Shown piece after piece: positions 50,052 to 62,800 of a stretch of 64,000 nucleotides of DNA (within the stretch, counting starts at the first letter, position 1; the number at the start of each line of letters is the position of its first letter). This DNA is from Zootoca vivipara. Lineage: Eukaryota. Made by a program: the position numbers and the translations under genes. The stretch is taken from NCBI RefSeq assembly GCF_963506605.1, contig NC_083280.1, positions 47,740,001-47,804,000 of the forward strand, in the 5' to 3' direction. The notes under the pieces are model-generated. The model did no database searches. It was not told the origin of the DNA and worked only from the letters and a program-made list of their open reading frames with translations.

Positions 50052-50406
50052 AAAGGTGAAGGGACCCTTGACCATTAGGTCCAGTCATGGACGACTCTGG
50101 GGTTGCGGCGCTCATCTCGCTTTACTGGCCGAGGGAGCCAGCGTACAGCTTCCAGGTCATGTGGCCAGCATGACAAAGCCGCTTCTGGCGAACCAGAGCA
50201 GCACATGGAAACGCCGTTTACCTTCCCGCCAGAGTGGTACCTATTTATCTACTTGCACTTTCATGCGCTTTCGAGCTGCTACGGTAGGTTGGCAGGAGCT
50301 GGGGCCAAGCAACAGGAGCTCACCCCTTGCAGGGATTCGAACCGCCGACCTTTCAATCAGCAAGCCCTAGGCTCAGTGGTTTAGACCACAGTGCCACCTG
50401 CGTCCC
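50052..50406 (-). mobile_element. Sauria SINE, full length
   Basis: Reverse-complement match to 16412-16765; probable TSD AGCCT(G/A)TA. Confidence 0.93.
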
Positions 50407-50800
50407 TAGCCTATAGGTGCCCCCAATAAATAAATAAAACATATTATTTTAACTGTTCTTGACTGCTTTCATAAGGGATACTTCAATCTGAATTCCACAT
50501 TTGTGTAGTAAGGATAGGTTATCACACATATTATAGGTATGTTTAGCTAATACTTGTACTGTATATGTGTTTTGGTGAAGCTTACAATGGTGTAAAATCT
50601 TTACCTGAGGTATGTGGAAATAATGGATGGTGGAAGTTCATGTGGATTTGAATTTTCCACTCTGCTCCAAAAGAAATGAAAAATGACAATGTCTTGCATG
50701 CTTTTACTCTCATAGTATTCAACACAGCCTTGAAGCAATGTGTCACAACTTTGTTTCCATTCTAAAAACTTTGGAAACACTGTTCAAACAACCCTGCCCA

Positions 50801-51146
50801 TGCACTAATAATGCTAGATGATAGATGGGAAAATAAATGCCAAAAAAATTCAAATAAGTGGGCATTTTATAGGAACTAGATAGAAAGGGGGAAAGCCAAC
50901 CCGAATATACAAGCACGAATGAATAGACTGTGTACATGGCTAAAGATCTGAAGAAGGAAGGCCTGACCTGGGAAGAGGGTGGGAAGGGAAGGGGAAGGAT
51001 TAGGGGAGAAAAATGGACTTTGTTATGTAAGCTTTTGTTATGTAAGCCTTTACAGGAACTATATACAACAATGTTATATTGTTATACATTGTAGTATGAA
51101 AATTAAATAAAATGTAATTTTAAAAAAATAAAATAAAGGGGGGGGG
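50801..51146 (+). mobile_element. L1/Tx1-like 3' end, 5'-truncated
   Basis: G-rich tract, AATAAA and A-rich tail; flanking direct repeat ACAACCCTGC(C/A)CA (50788-50800, 51147-51159). Confidence 0.55.
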
Positions 51147-52049
51147 ACAACCCTGCACACATGCTTAGTGAGCACATGATGAGGTAGTGAGTTTGTATCC
51201 AATAGCCCATCTGTTCATTTGACGATAGTGAAACATGTACAAATTAAGGCTTTATTCACCCTCCTTGATTGGCCAGAGTTCCTAGTCACAGAGGGTAGCA
51301 CTGAGCGTGTAAATCTGTATACATATAAGTCCCCTTTTGCACTAAGTGTGTGGTCATGGGGCAGGTGGCCAGCAGGTGCATCCATACAGAGAAATATGGG
51401 AAGGAAGGAATCACAAACCATTTCTGAATGCCTGAAGACGGGGAAAGCATGACTATTCCAATCACTGTTTGTTGTTTGTTTGTTTGTTTGTTTGCAATTC
51501 TCGGGTGTCAGATAGTGAAATTTTGGTTTATTAAAAAAAAAAATTTCTCATGCCCACAGAGTTACATGAACAGCTGTTGTTTTAACGTAGCCTATAATTG
51601 ATTCTCCAGTCTCCCACAATTAACTGAAATTAGTTTTGAATTACGCTTGGGATTTAGAATCCTCTGATACATATTGGTATGTCCATGTCATGTAGACTTC
51701 AGGAATATTATACATAAACCTAAAAGGGGCCTACAATAAGATTTTGCAGTATGGAATGCAAGACCAATTCTTCAGCTAAAGGGGCCTTATGGAAAATATA
51801 CAACTTAAAATGAAAAAAAATGAGGCGGACAATCTTATTTCCAGAGAAATGAAATTCCATATATTGAGTTCCATTAACAGAGAAGGCCCTACTCTAAGCT
51901 TTGACATTGCAAACTACACTTCTTGGTGCATGGGGCAGTGGCATGAGGCAACAGATAATGATTCATATACTTTGATCCCAAGCAATACATGGCTTTATAC
52001 ACCAATGTCAGCACCTTAAATTTGGCCTAACAGCAAACCAGCAGCTAAT

Positions 52050-52900
52050 GAAGATATATAGGTATAGGTGTCACATGAAAGAATTGTGCAGAACTGCACC
52101 AGCTGCATATTCTGAAGTGCCTTGAGGGGCAGCCCCACATAGAGCACAATGCAGTAGTCTAAATGATGTCCTGCTGTGGTTATCTCAGTCCGGGAGGGGC
52201 AATAACCATCAAGGTTCCTTATGTCTCAAGTGACAATGATGGTTGTAAGATCACTTCACCAAGCTATGCATCTGCTTTGTCAGGTGTGAAACTCCATCCA
52301 TAGCAGGCTGTTTACCAAAGTACCAGACCAGAGAACCACCCACAGACCTTACCTCTTAAAAGAATTCAGTCATAGGCTCTCGTCCAGCCTATTACTTCTT
52401 CCAGACACTAGATTAGCACATTGTATCTCCTGATTCAGACAGAATGGAGAGATAGAGTTAGGAGACTTCCACATAATGATGATACCACACTCCAGATCCT
52501 TCAGTGACAGCTCCCAATCTTTTCATTTAGACGTTTAGAAAGAGGGTAGAACTCTATAGCACAAATGCCAAGGAGCTGAGCAGGGAACTTCTTAATCTGT
52601 TTTCTGGTGGTGGTCCTGCAGATAGGAGTGGAACCACAATAATACTGTGGGCCCAATTTGCAACCCACTGAGCCAATCCAGGAGAAGACTCTAATTACTA
52701 GTATCAAACCAGAAAGAGACAGAGAAGAACCAAAAGAGTTACCTCACCTCTCTTCCAAAGGCACCCAAGGTCGTTTCAATGCCCAACATAGGTCTGAAGT
52801 CAGGTTGAAATGTGTCTAGAGAATCCACACTGATTCATGGGTGGGAAGAGAATCCACACTGATTCATGGGTGGGATATTCCTTCACAAATCTGTAGTGAC
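52050..52900 (-). mobile_element. Highly degenerate L2 RT remnant
   Basis: Minus-strand traces of LDYCIVLYVGLPL and a PQ.S.L.P-like segment. Confidence 0.55.
52818..52875. repeat. Perfect 29-bp tandem duplication
   Basis: AGAGAATCCACACTGATTCATGGGTGGGA twice. Confidence 0.97.
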
Positions 52901-53025
52901 ATTTCCATTTTAGAAATGTTAGTGATGATGACTACACTCCAACAAAGATAAGAGTGCTTAAGCTTTTGGTCTTCAATAGGCTTAAGTGTACTGAATTCTC
53001 TGTCCAGTTGTGGCTAACATCTGCA

Positions 53026-53372
53026 TGGCACTGTGGTCTAAACCACAGAGCCTAGGGCTTGCCGATCAGAAGGTCGGCAGTTCGAATCCCCGCAATGGGG
53101 TGAACCCATTGCTTTGTCCCAGCTCCTGCCAAACTAACAGTTCAAAAGTATACCAGTGCAAATAGATAAATAGGTACCACTGCAGTGGGAAGGTAAACGG
53201 TGTTTCTGTGCGCTCTGGTTTCCGTCACGGTTTAGTCATGCTGGCCACATGACTTGGAAAGCTGTCTGTGGACAAACGCCGGCTCCCTCGGCCTGAAAGT
53301 GAGATGAGCGTTGCAACCCGTCGCCTTTGACTGGACTTAACCTTCCAAGGGTTCTTTACCTTTACCATTACC
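53026..53372 (+). mobile_element. Sauria SINE, divergent subfamily
   Basis: Same head and core; different middle (GGAAAGCTGTCTGTGGACAAAC) and tail; (TTTACC)n end; GCTAACA on both flanks. Confidence 0.9.
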
Positions 53373-53399
53373 ACAGCTAACACAGATCTTAATGACCTA

Positions 53400-53560
53400 G
53401 GCTAGATCTAGACACATCCAAAAACTGTTTCAAGAAATTGCGTTGTAAACCCCAAAGTGGGAAATCATGTTGATGAAAGACGGAACTCCACAGCGTCATG
53501 TCATGTCACAGCATTATAACACATATAAAATGCTTTTTCTTTACTGGTGTAGCTGAGTCC
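53400..53560. mobile_element. MITE-like element, possibly PIF/Harbinger
   Basis: GGCTAGATCTAGAC...GTGTAGCTGAGTCC ends; CTA on both flanks. Confidence 0.4.
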
Positions 53561-54144
53561 CTAGTCACAAGTCTGCAATTTCAAAATGATGGACAAGATG
53601 CATCAACAGGTTATAGAATGCAGTGAAAGCTTTACTGAATTTTGTATTTATTTGTTGTGAACTGCCCTGTGATCTTCAAGTGAAGGGCTGCAAAACAAAC
53701 AAACAAATGCTGAAAAAGATTCACTTCAATAAATCCATGCTCATGTTTGGTTATATCCAGGGCTTTCATTGATGCATGAGAAGCCAGGAAGGCTGGTTAC
53801 CAATCGACTGGGATCAGTATGCTTGCTAATTTTGTTTTAAGAAATGTCATTCCTTTCATTAAAATAAAAGTAGATGTCACTTTTTATACAACAGCAACAG
53901 TAATATGGAACACCAGCCAGGAGTGTGGCACACAGCTGCCCCAGCTTCTCACACTTAAAAGCTCAGCTGAGGGTGTCATAGGGTTTTCACTTGTCTAGGC
54001 ATCTGGGAAGGTTGCAGAATGTGAACCACAGGAAATGTAGTTTGTATTATGGCTTGTAAAATTCACAAAACCTCAAAAGTAAGAATCACAAGAAGACTCC
54101 CATAGCCCCAAATCCCATTCTATGAAAATTTCATAGAAACATTA

Positions 54145-54455
54145 ATAATAATAAAATTATTTATACCCCTCTTTTTCCTTAATGGGACTCAAAGAGGCTT
54201 ACAGATAAAAACAAGAACTACTAAAAACACAAAAAAATCAATCATAAAAATGCAATTAAACAATGGTAGAATTAAAAATCATATACATATTAAAAAATCT
54301 GTTTAAAACACACCAATAATTACAAGAAAAACAGCACGGCACCAGCCCTTTCATTAAAAGCAGTCAATTCCCAAAGGCCTGTTGCAGCAAGAAAGTCTTC
54401 ACCTCATGTCAGAAGGACAGCAAGGAGGGAGCCAGTCTACCTTCTCGAAGGAGGA
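54145..54455 (-). mobile_element. L2 3' end
   Basis: TTTATACCC...GACTCAAAGAGGCTTACA tail; AAAGGCCTG...GTCTTCACC...GGAGGGAGCCAG. Confidence 0.65.
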
Positions 54456-55086
54456 CATCTTTGGTAATACAATTTGTTTTCTCATTAATTGAGGAAGAAT
54501 GGCTGGGCGGGGATGAGATAAGGAAAAATGTTCAGGACAGCACTACTTTAGACATAAGTAGCTGCCCTCAATAATGATGACAATGAAACGTCAGCATTAG
54601 ATGGTGAGGGCGGGCGGAAATCTTCCAAGAAGCTTAGGGAATAAAAGATTACAGATATTAACAGAAGGCATGAAATGACAGGGTGAAATTGGAAATAGAT
54701 GAATTATCTCAGTGATATTTACAAATGAGATGTAAGACTAGAATCCTAAAGGCGCAGAAGACTAGGAAGGTTTACAAAAACATACTTGCATACAACTGGA
54801 GAAGTATGAAAAGCCATCAAATGCTCCATTTCCCTGACAAAACAGAGCTGGAAGATCCATGTTAGGAACGGATATTTCCATAACTTTGCCCATGAATTAT
54901 ATATATTACCTGGTATCCTCTGATAACCTCTTTGTTCATTACTCATTCTAGTTCGTTCTCTCTTTCCCTTTTGTGTGCAAGTTCCAGCTAAAATTTGGTC
55001 TTATGCCAGCTCAGATCATTATCACATCTGTATTGACAGCTAGTGATGCTTGATTGCACCTGACAGCAAACAGTCTTGGAAAGAAA

Positions 55087-55089
<3 letters not shown>

Positions 55090-55118
<29 letters not shown>
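55090..55118. repeat. (AG)n microsatellite
   Basis: About 14 units. Confidence 0.95.
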
Positions 55119-55121
<3 letters not shown>

Positions 55122-56696
55122 CAGAATGCCTAAAACTTCACTGAAGTTACTAACAAAATCTCCCTTTGATTTTGGTAGGCTTTCAATGAGGCCTGGGATG
55201 TGTTCTGTGATTCAGTTTCAAATTGGGGTTTTTTTATAAAAAAAAATGTAAGATATAACGTGGCAAGGGAAAATTAAGAGGAGGAATGAAAACAATCTTA
55301 AAGCTTCATTCCCTCAGAGATCTTGAAGTGAAGTTTTTTTTCCTTCCCCTTCACAGATCTAATGTTGAAGAATTTTCAGCCCCCTGAGCAGGTAGCATAT
55401 GAATTAGGTTTTCAGGATTGTCTGACTTAATGGCAGAATAATTGGAACTTACTGCATCAAATCTATATTGACATTCAGGAATAGTTTCACTTTTATTGTG
55501 CGTTATCCTACCGCACAGAAAGCTGCTGCAATTATCAATTACGAACCAATATCAATATTTAGTCAAGATCATTTTTAACACCTGCAGCTGAAATTTGTTT
55601 TAAAAATAAAAAGCCAGGTTTATGGACTCCTGGCATGAGGAAATCTACTATGCTTTTAACAAATCTGTGGTATGTGCATGTTGCCAAGCTTATGTCAATA
55701 AACATGTTAGCCCTATGCACAAGGTTGGTCCAAGACATTATTCTGCCTGAGGCGAAAGATAAAATGATGTCTCCTCCCCTTCTTAAATGTATAAAAGTTA
55801 AATTGTAAGACAACAGGACATTGTCCTCTACTGCAATTGTGGTCAGCAAGTATTTACCTCCCAATGAAAGTTAAGCATGAGGGTTTCAACAGCATTCATC
55901 ATGATGCCTTTCAGATTATGGCAAAAGGATTGCACCTAAAGATCAGCACTAGAAAGCTGCATCCCACAATCTTAATTTTCAATGCCTTTCAGACTAACCT
56001 TGGCATGGTTTTAAGATTTAAACCATTTGTGTTCCCCTTTCCTCCAGGCCATGTATTGGTCTGGCTCTTATGGCGAGCCCTTTAAAAGACAGGGAGCTAA
56101 CGATTTTATTCAGAACTATTGTTCCCTGCCCTAAACCCTGGAGATGAGATGAAGTTCAAATCAAAATATTAAGTGTGGTCCCATAAATTGCCAGGAAAAA
56201 AGAAGTGCAGTTTCTGTAACGACCTTTATTGCTTTACAGAGAAGCTCACATATTTAGTGTCTTCGGCAAACTATTGAGAAATACCAGCAGAGATTCAGCA
56301 GGCACTTTCTGTTTCAACTTTTAAATGCTTCCTGAAAACTTTTCTATTCAATCCGGCTTATGTAGGCAATTAATAATACATTTCCCCCCATAATAGCTGA
56401 TTTCTGATTTCAACATTTTAATACGGTTTTAATTTTATGTTATACATATAAAATGGTTGTAAAGCATCCTGGGGTGTTTTTTTTTTTAAGGAGCAGAGGT
56501 ATATAAATATTTTTATAAAATAAATAAATAAATAAATATATTGGTAGCTTAGTAAACTGTTATGGAAAACAGGAGTAGATCACACAGATCCTTAGTAGGA
56601 ACTGCAGCACCAAATAAAGCCAGCTGTACATTAAAATTTCACATGACATGTTGATTGGTTCATCATTATGGCTTATCAACATCAGTTCCTTTAATA

Positions 56697-56890
56697 AATA
56701 AATTCCTTCCAGCAGCACCTTAGAGACCAACTAAGTTTGTCATAGGCATGAGCTTTCGTGTGCATGCACACTTCTTCAGATATATACCTATGACAAACTT
56801 AGTTGGTCTCTAAGGTGCTGCTGGAAGGAATTTTTTTTATTTTGTTTCGACCACGTCAGACCAACACGGCTACCTACCTGTAACTACCGT
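56697..56890. mobile_element. Penelope-like derivative: inverted pLTR hairpin with intact hammerhead core on the minus strand (56746-56783)
   Basis: Arms match 14401-14532; 13-bp direct repeat AGTTCCTTTAATA (56684-56696, 56891-56903). Confidence 0.88.
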
Positions 56891-57816
56891 AGTTCCTTTA
56901 ATATTATACTGTATATATTTCTTCAACATCTGTTTTGAGGTGCAACCCCCTCTAGGATTTGGACGCTAGCAGCAAATCGACAGCAGAAATGATTCCATTT
57001 CTTTGTGCTGGTTGTAAAACTGAGAATGAATGACTTCAGGCTTCTTTTTGAAAGGTTAACCCCATACTGCACTTTTTTGATCCCGAAGGACCCTACTACT
57101 TTGGCAGCATCTCTTTCAATTAATATAATTCACATCATGGTGCGTTTAAATGTCAGCAAGTCATTTGACCTGGCTTGCTACAATACAACATACAGAATAC
57201 AACATAGAAGAATGTTGGCCTGAGCTGTATAGAAAGTGAAAGATACACAAACACAGCCCAGAGAATCAGACTGATATGTGCCTTTTCTCCATTCATGCAT
57301 TCTCCTGATTGTGCATCTTTAGTTAAAGGAATTGCTTTCAGAGCAAATAGTGATCGGATCCCCACCCCACCCCGGTAACATTTAAAAATGCATATAGATT
57401 GTGTGTGTGTTAATACTGAGGAGAGGAATATAGACACAGCAATATATCTTTTTTTTTGAGGGGGAGTGGGAAATGGGGTGTGTGTGCTTAAAAGTAAATC
57501 AACTCTGACCCTTAAACATGTTCACTGTGTGCATGTTTTTCTAACAAAATGTTAACATTTACTGGAGCAGTCTGGGAGAAATCTCTGGTTTCTGACATTT
57601 ACTGATTATTTTCAACAATACCCCCACAGCAATGACCCAAAGAAGATTCCATAGCCATGCACTCAAGGCAAGTCCAAAAGGCAACTGTGTTGATCCATTT
57701 TTATATATACATGGACCAGTCCATAGAATAATACCCCATTTATTAGGACCAGGCATGACCACAATCCTATGAACAGCCTACGGGGAATAAGCTCCATTAA
57801 ACTCAGTAATCCTGCC

Positions 57817-58145
57817 TAAAGGTAAAGGTAAAGGGACCCCTGACCATTAGGTCCAGTCACGGATGACTCTGGGGTTGGGGCGCTCATCTCGCTTTACTGG
57901 GCAAGGGAGCCGACGTACAGCTTCCGGGTCATGTGGCCAGCATGACTAAGCCGCTTCTGGCGAACCAGAGGAGCGCACAGAAACATCGTTTATCTTCCCG
58001 CCAGAGCGGTACCTATTTATCTACTTGCACTTTGACGTGCTTTCGAACTGCTAGGTTGGCAGGAGCTGGGACCAAGCAACGGGAGCTCAGCCCATCGCGG
58101 GAATTCGAACCGGCGACCTTCTGATTGGCAAGCTCAGTGGTTTTA
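57817..58145 (-). mobile_element. Sauria SINE with deleted/truncated head
   Basis: (AAAGGT)n tail and body match 50052-50406; head shortened. Confidence 0.92.
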
Positions 58146-59162
58146 ACTAAATAGGTGCACAAAAATGCATTGAGTTTTAACATAAGATCTTCAACCAGCT
58201 GAAATGGAACTTTAATTGTATTTAGTTAGAAATGCAAACACGATCTTGCAATTTAGCACCCAGCATGAAGTGGAATCCACATCAAAGAAAGGGAAAGAGG
58301 TACTGTATCAAGACTCTGTATGATTTCCCTGACTTCCTTTTAAGTTAAACGCCAACAAACAAAAGCCTCATTTATCATCTCATTGACTAGCAAGAGCTAG
58401 GAGAGTCTTGCCAATCACTTTGGAAAATGACATCTTTGCTTCTCCTCTGAAAAAAGGTACCAGAGCTGCACTCCTCTGTGTTCCCCATCCACTGCTGATC
58501 AAGAAAACCTCTGCTGTGCTCAAGGCACGCTCAGTCCCATTGAGAATTGCTTTCCATATTTCCTTTCCATCACAGCCAGCATCAAGTCCTTGCTCTAGTT
58601 TGTGGCTATCATAAAAACTCCCAAGACCAATCAAACACCCAATGACAGGAATAATAGGGAATTTATAGACAAATTTAAAAGAACTTTGCACAACATAATC
58701 CTTTCGTGGAAGAATCATTACAGTTTGCAGAACTGCCGTTTTCTCCTCCCAACAAATGGCTGTTTCCTTGGCAGATATTTCAGATCAGAGCTTCACTTGG
58801 CAAGGCAAAGCAAAGTTCCCAGGTAAGGCAGGTGAGGTTATTCAACATTTCTCCAAAACCAGAATCTATGTTTCACAGTGAACCTATCAGCAGCACTGGA
58901 TTTAGGGAGCTGTGGGTGGTTCTCCTGCCAAAAGCGCTGAGCCAAGGGTGCACAAAATAATGATGATATATTTATACAGATACCTACTGAAAAGATCCAT
59001 TAAAAAAGCAGCTGTACCAAAAGAAATTATTGTGAAAAGAAGAAATATTGGAGGAGGTACCAAATTTTGTCCTTGCTCAGGGTGCCATATTACTAAAGTC
59101 TTTTTAGATACACACATGTTGTTGTTTTTCCTTGTGAGGTTGCTTTAGAAAAGGTTAAGACT

Positions 59163-59891
59163 CATGGGCATACCCAGCGAGGGGCAGGGGGGCAGCTGCC
59201 CCCCAAAGCAAAAAATTTTAAATGGTTATAAAGTGATGAAACGAAACAAAATTAGGTAGGGCGATGGTGAATAATCAGTTGTTTACCAAACTGAAATGGT
59301 GTAAAAACCGAGAAGTATCTAGAGCCACCTAGCGACTGGTAGAGGAATCTATGTCAGCCATTGGGATTCAAGGGAGGGGGGGTCTCTAGTGGGCTCTAGC
59401 AGAGAGAAGAGGGAATCTTCTAGAGGGGTCTAGTGAGTTCCGCGTCACTAAACTGAGCCGCCTGCTATTAGTTTACCTTCTTATTTACATTTAGAAGACA
59501 TCGAGGCTGCCTAAATGGACATAAGAAACTGGTTCCAAAAAGGTAAGGTAAGTAATTTCTGTAGAAAATTAAATTTTAAAGGTTAAAGACCTGGCTCAGA
59601 AGTACAATGGGAGAGGACAGACTGACTGGGTTGTGTTTGATGAGTGTCCATCATAAATTCTTCAAGGAAAATCAGGACTGGAGTGAAACAAAAACCCAAG
59701 AAAACCCAAGAAAAATGATATTAGTAACTAGAATAAAAAAAAATTCAAGCAAATAATTGTAATAACTACCGTAATAAAGCACTGCTATAATTATATATAA
59801 TTTTCTTAAAATTTTGGTTTCATTCGCCTTTTCCGTGCTGAAATGTCACAACCTGAACGACCATGGCTCCCCTCCCCCCGTTTTGATCCTG
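59163..59891 (+). mobile_element. Internally deleted hAT element; right TIR partly lost
   Basis: Left end CATGGGCATACCCAG..GGGGGGCAGCTGCCCCCC; right end CTCCCCCCGTTTTGATCCTG; flanks TTAAGACT / TTAAGACC. Confidence 0.6.
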
Positions 59892-62800
59892 TTAAGACCC
59901 CTACTTTTATTTTTATTTTTGCAAGAAGATGATTTATTATGCCTTGCCTTCTGTAAACTGGAGCCAGAGAGACTGGGTAGTTTTCATTCAGAGTTGGGAG
60001 CAGCAGAGCTCCCTGGCAAGTCTGCCAGGTTCAAAAGCAATTTAGTGCTGAGAGAAGGACAAAAGATGTATAAAGAATATAACTCCTCCTAGTTGTGGCA
60101 GTTTTTTCACCTGCATAATGCAGGATGGCTTTGTCCTACCTCCTTAATTGGAAAAGGGCACATAGGGTGCGAGGAAAGCGCGATTTCTGTGACCTGAATT
60201 GGGGGCAGACTTGTGAGATGTACTTTATTTTTTACTAGATCCGCCGAGTGGAAGCTTAGTGCAAGACTAGCAGTTGGAATTAAAGAATTCTGAGCCTAGG
60301 AATGAGTTTTGATTATCAGAAACTGAATGGGGCTTGCAGACCTTCCACCCAAATTCTGTTCCTGGTCACCCACAGCTTTCTTCATTTCAGCAGTATAATT
60401 TAGTCTTGATTTGATATCATTCTCACCCTTTGGTCTAACCTTGCACTCTTCTCTTCATCTTTTTATTACTTTGTTCACATTTGGTCTAGGCCGTGTCGCT
60501 TCATCAGGTAACTTGTGATACATTGAAATTGGTGTGCTTTAAGTGTACCGAACCACTATTGAGCTAGAAATCACAGAACAGACTTAAGCATTCCACCTTT
60601 AATGAGAGCCCCAGAGAGCAGGTGTATATGTAACAGAAACAAGGTGAATGGCACTGCTTTGAGCTGGCATAAAATGATTGGCATAAATATGCTCACCTAC
60701 GGTCAAAAAGCAGCACTAATGACCGAAGGAAACAATTAGCATGCCTCAAGCTAAAGTGCAAGAGCAGAGGGACACAGATCGGAAACCAGGACTGCTGGAA
60801 GAAAACAAGTGCAATCATTTCAATGCTCCCATGAAGCATACCTTGATGAAAAAGCAAGAGACATATACAATGCAGGGAAAATGCTACCAACAAATAAATG
60901 TAAAGTAACAGACTTCTCCTCTGACTGAGTGAGATTTGTCAGGTCTTTTACTACTTCCTTTTGATTTTAGCGTTAATGTTTTCCTTTTTTATATAACACA
61001 CTTTTTTGTTTTTCATCCCTTGAACTTTCGAAGACATATCTTTGGCAATGCCAGAAACACACATAGAATTTTTAAAAATAGGAAGTAGCTGAAAGTGACT
61101 TCTTATTTATGATGTCTTACAGTGAAATCCTATAATGTCTATGCAGAAGTAGTCACAATGAGTTCAGTGGGGTTTAGGTATGTCTGAACGGAAGCCTAAA
61201 ACACCGCCTTTTCATTATGGCCCACTGTGAAAGGAAACATAAAGCTGAAACTTCAAGCAATGAAGTTTATTTTATATATCACCAATTGAGCTCAAATTTG
61301 AGATACCAGCAAGCTATTTCTCCGAGGGTTTTGCTTTATTACAGAAACGGACTGGTAATAATGTGAATCGGAGACCTTGTTTACATGGTTGGTTGCCTGC
61401 TCGAGCAAACTATTGACCATCTGCACAGAAATTCTGCCTGGCAGTAGATTGACCAGAGACATGCAATGATGATCACACAGTAACAATAGAAAAGCAAAAG
61501 AAAGGAAGGAACTAGCCTTGGGGTGGAGAATGTGGAGGAAATCAAATAAATGGTTTAATAACGCTAACTTCACTCCTGTCTGGTGTCTGTTTGTGGCAGT
61601 TTACAGAGAGGTGAAAGAGGAGTGATACTTACGAAAAACACAACTTAAAACTTTTGTTTTCCTATACAAAGATATGATAAAAATAACATGGAATAAGAAA
61701 TCCTAAACCTTTTCTTCTTAAGCTGTTTATTTTAGATTTCAATCCATTCATTTATTTAATCTTATTTATTAATTTTAATAATTTATATACCTCTTAATAG
61801 CAGTTTCTTGATGAGGACAATGGAAATATAAAAAGGACACAATAAGAATGGTTCTCTTCATAAAAGTTTCTGGTTTCTAACAAGTTAATTGCATCCAAGC
61901 TACAGGGTCCTTCTGGTTCCATTTCCTATTTTGCCACTTTGTCATTTTCTAATCGATGTTCCGGTAAACTTCCCTTCAAAGAAGTGAGAAAATGACTGCT
62001 GTCCATTGCAGTCACAGTCACGCTCTCCATATGCAGCTAATGTTCACTCATTATCCCAACATCCATAGCACTCTCCAGGAACATAAAATTAGTTCATCTG
62101 TGATATTTTTCATTATGAAGTGTAACAACCTCATGCATACAGATAGAAATATAAAGACATCAGTGCAATTTATCGTATTCATTGTGGAGAAAACAGAAGG
62201 AAAATACCAGCTGTGAGATGGATTTTCATAATAAGAGAAGGGGGGGAATCAATTTTCTGCACTTTGGCTTACCAATACTTACTTTAATACCACAGAAAAA
62301 AAATCCAGATGTGAGATCCACTGGGAATGGAGTACTACTGTGCTATCATTAAAATTACTAGAAAATTGCTAAACTTTATAGTTAAAATGGGAAAAAATTA
62401 TCCAGGCTAACACAATACTGAAAACAAAACTACTCAATGTTTAGCTTATTTTCAAAAGCTTTAATAAAAGTGGGGAAATTGATACAAACTGCAGTAATTG
62501 TTTAATGAGGAGGTAAAATGATGCTTCATTGCCTTTTTTAAAAAAGAAATCACTTGGAATGTTTCACCTGCTTGGCTCTTTTCTTCTGTATGCTGCTACA
62601 GCTGATGGTACAGGAAACCACTTTTTACATTGAGATAATAAAATATGAAATATGAATTAAGCTCATATAAATATAAATTAACCAAATGCATAGTAAACTC
62701 TGCCCATTAAGTGCCACTTCTACCAAACCATTCTGCATTTTCTCTCTCTAGAAAATGGCCAAGTTTTGACAAACCTCCAAGATTCAAAGTTGTAAAAACA

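Noticed and set aside
59515-59545. RFC1 gene start (MDIRKFF-like)
   Set aside because: Only a 7-residue resemblance, located inside a TSD-flanked transposon with no further exons seen
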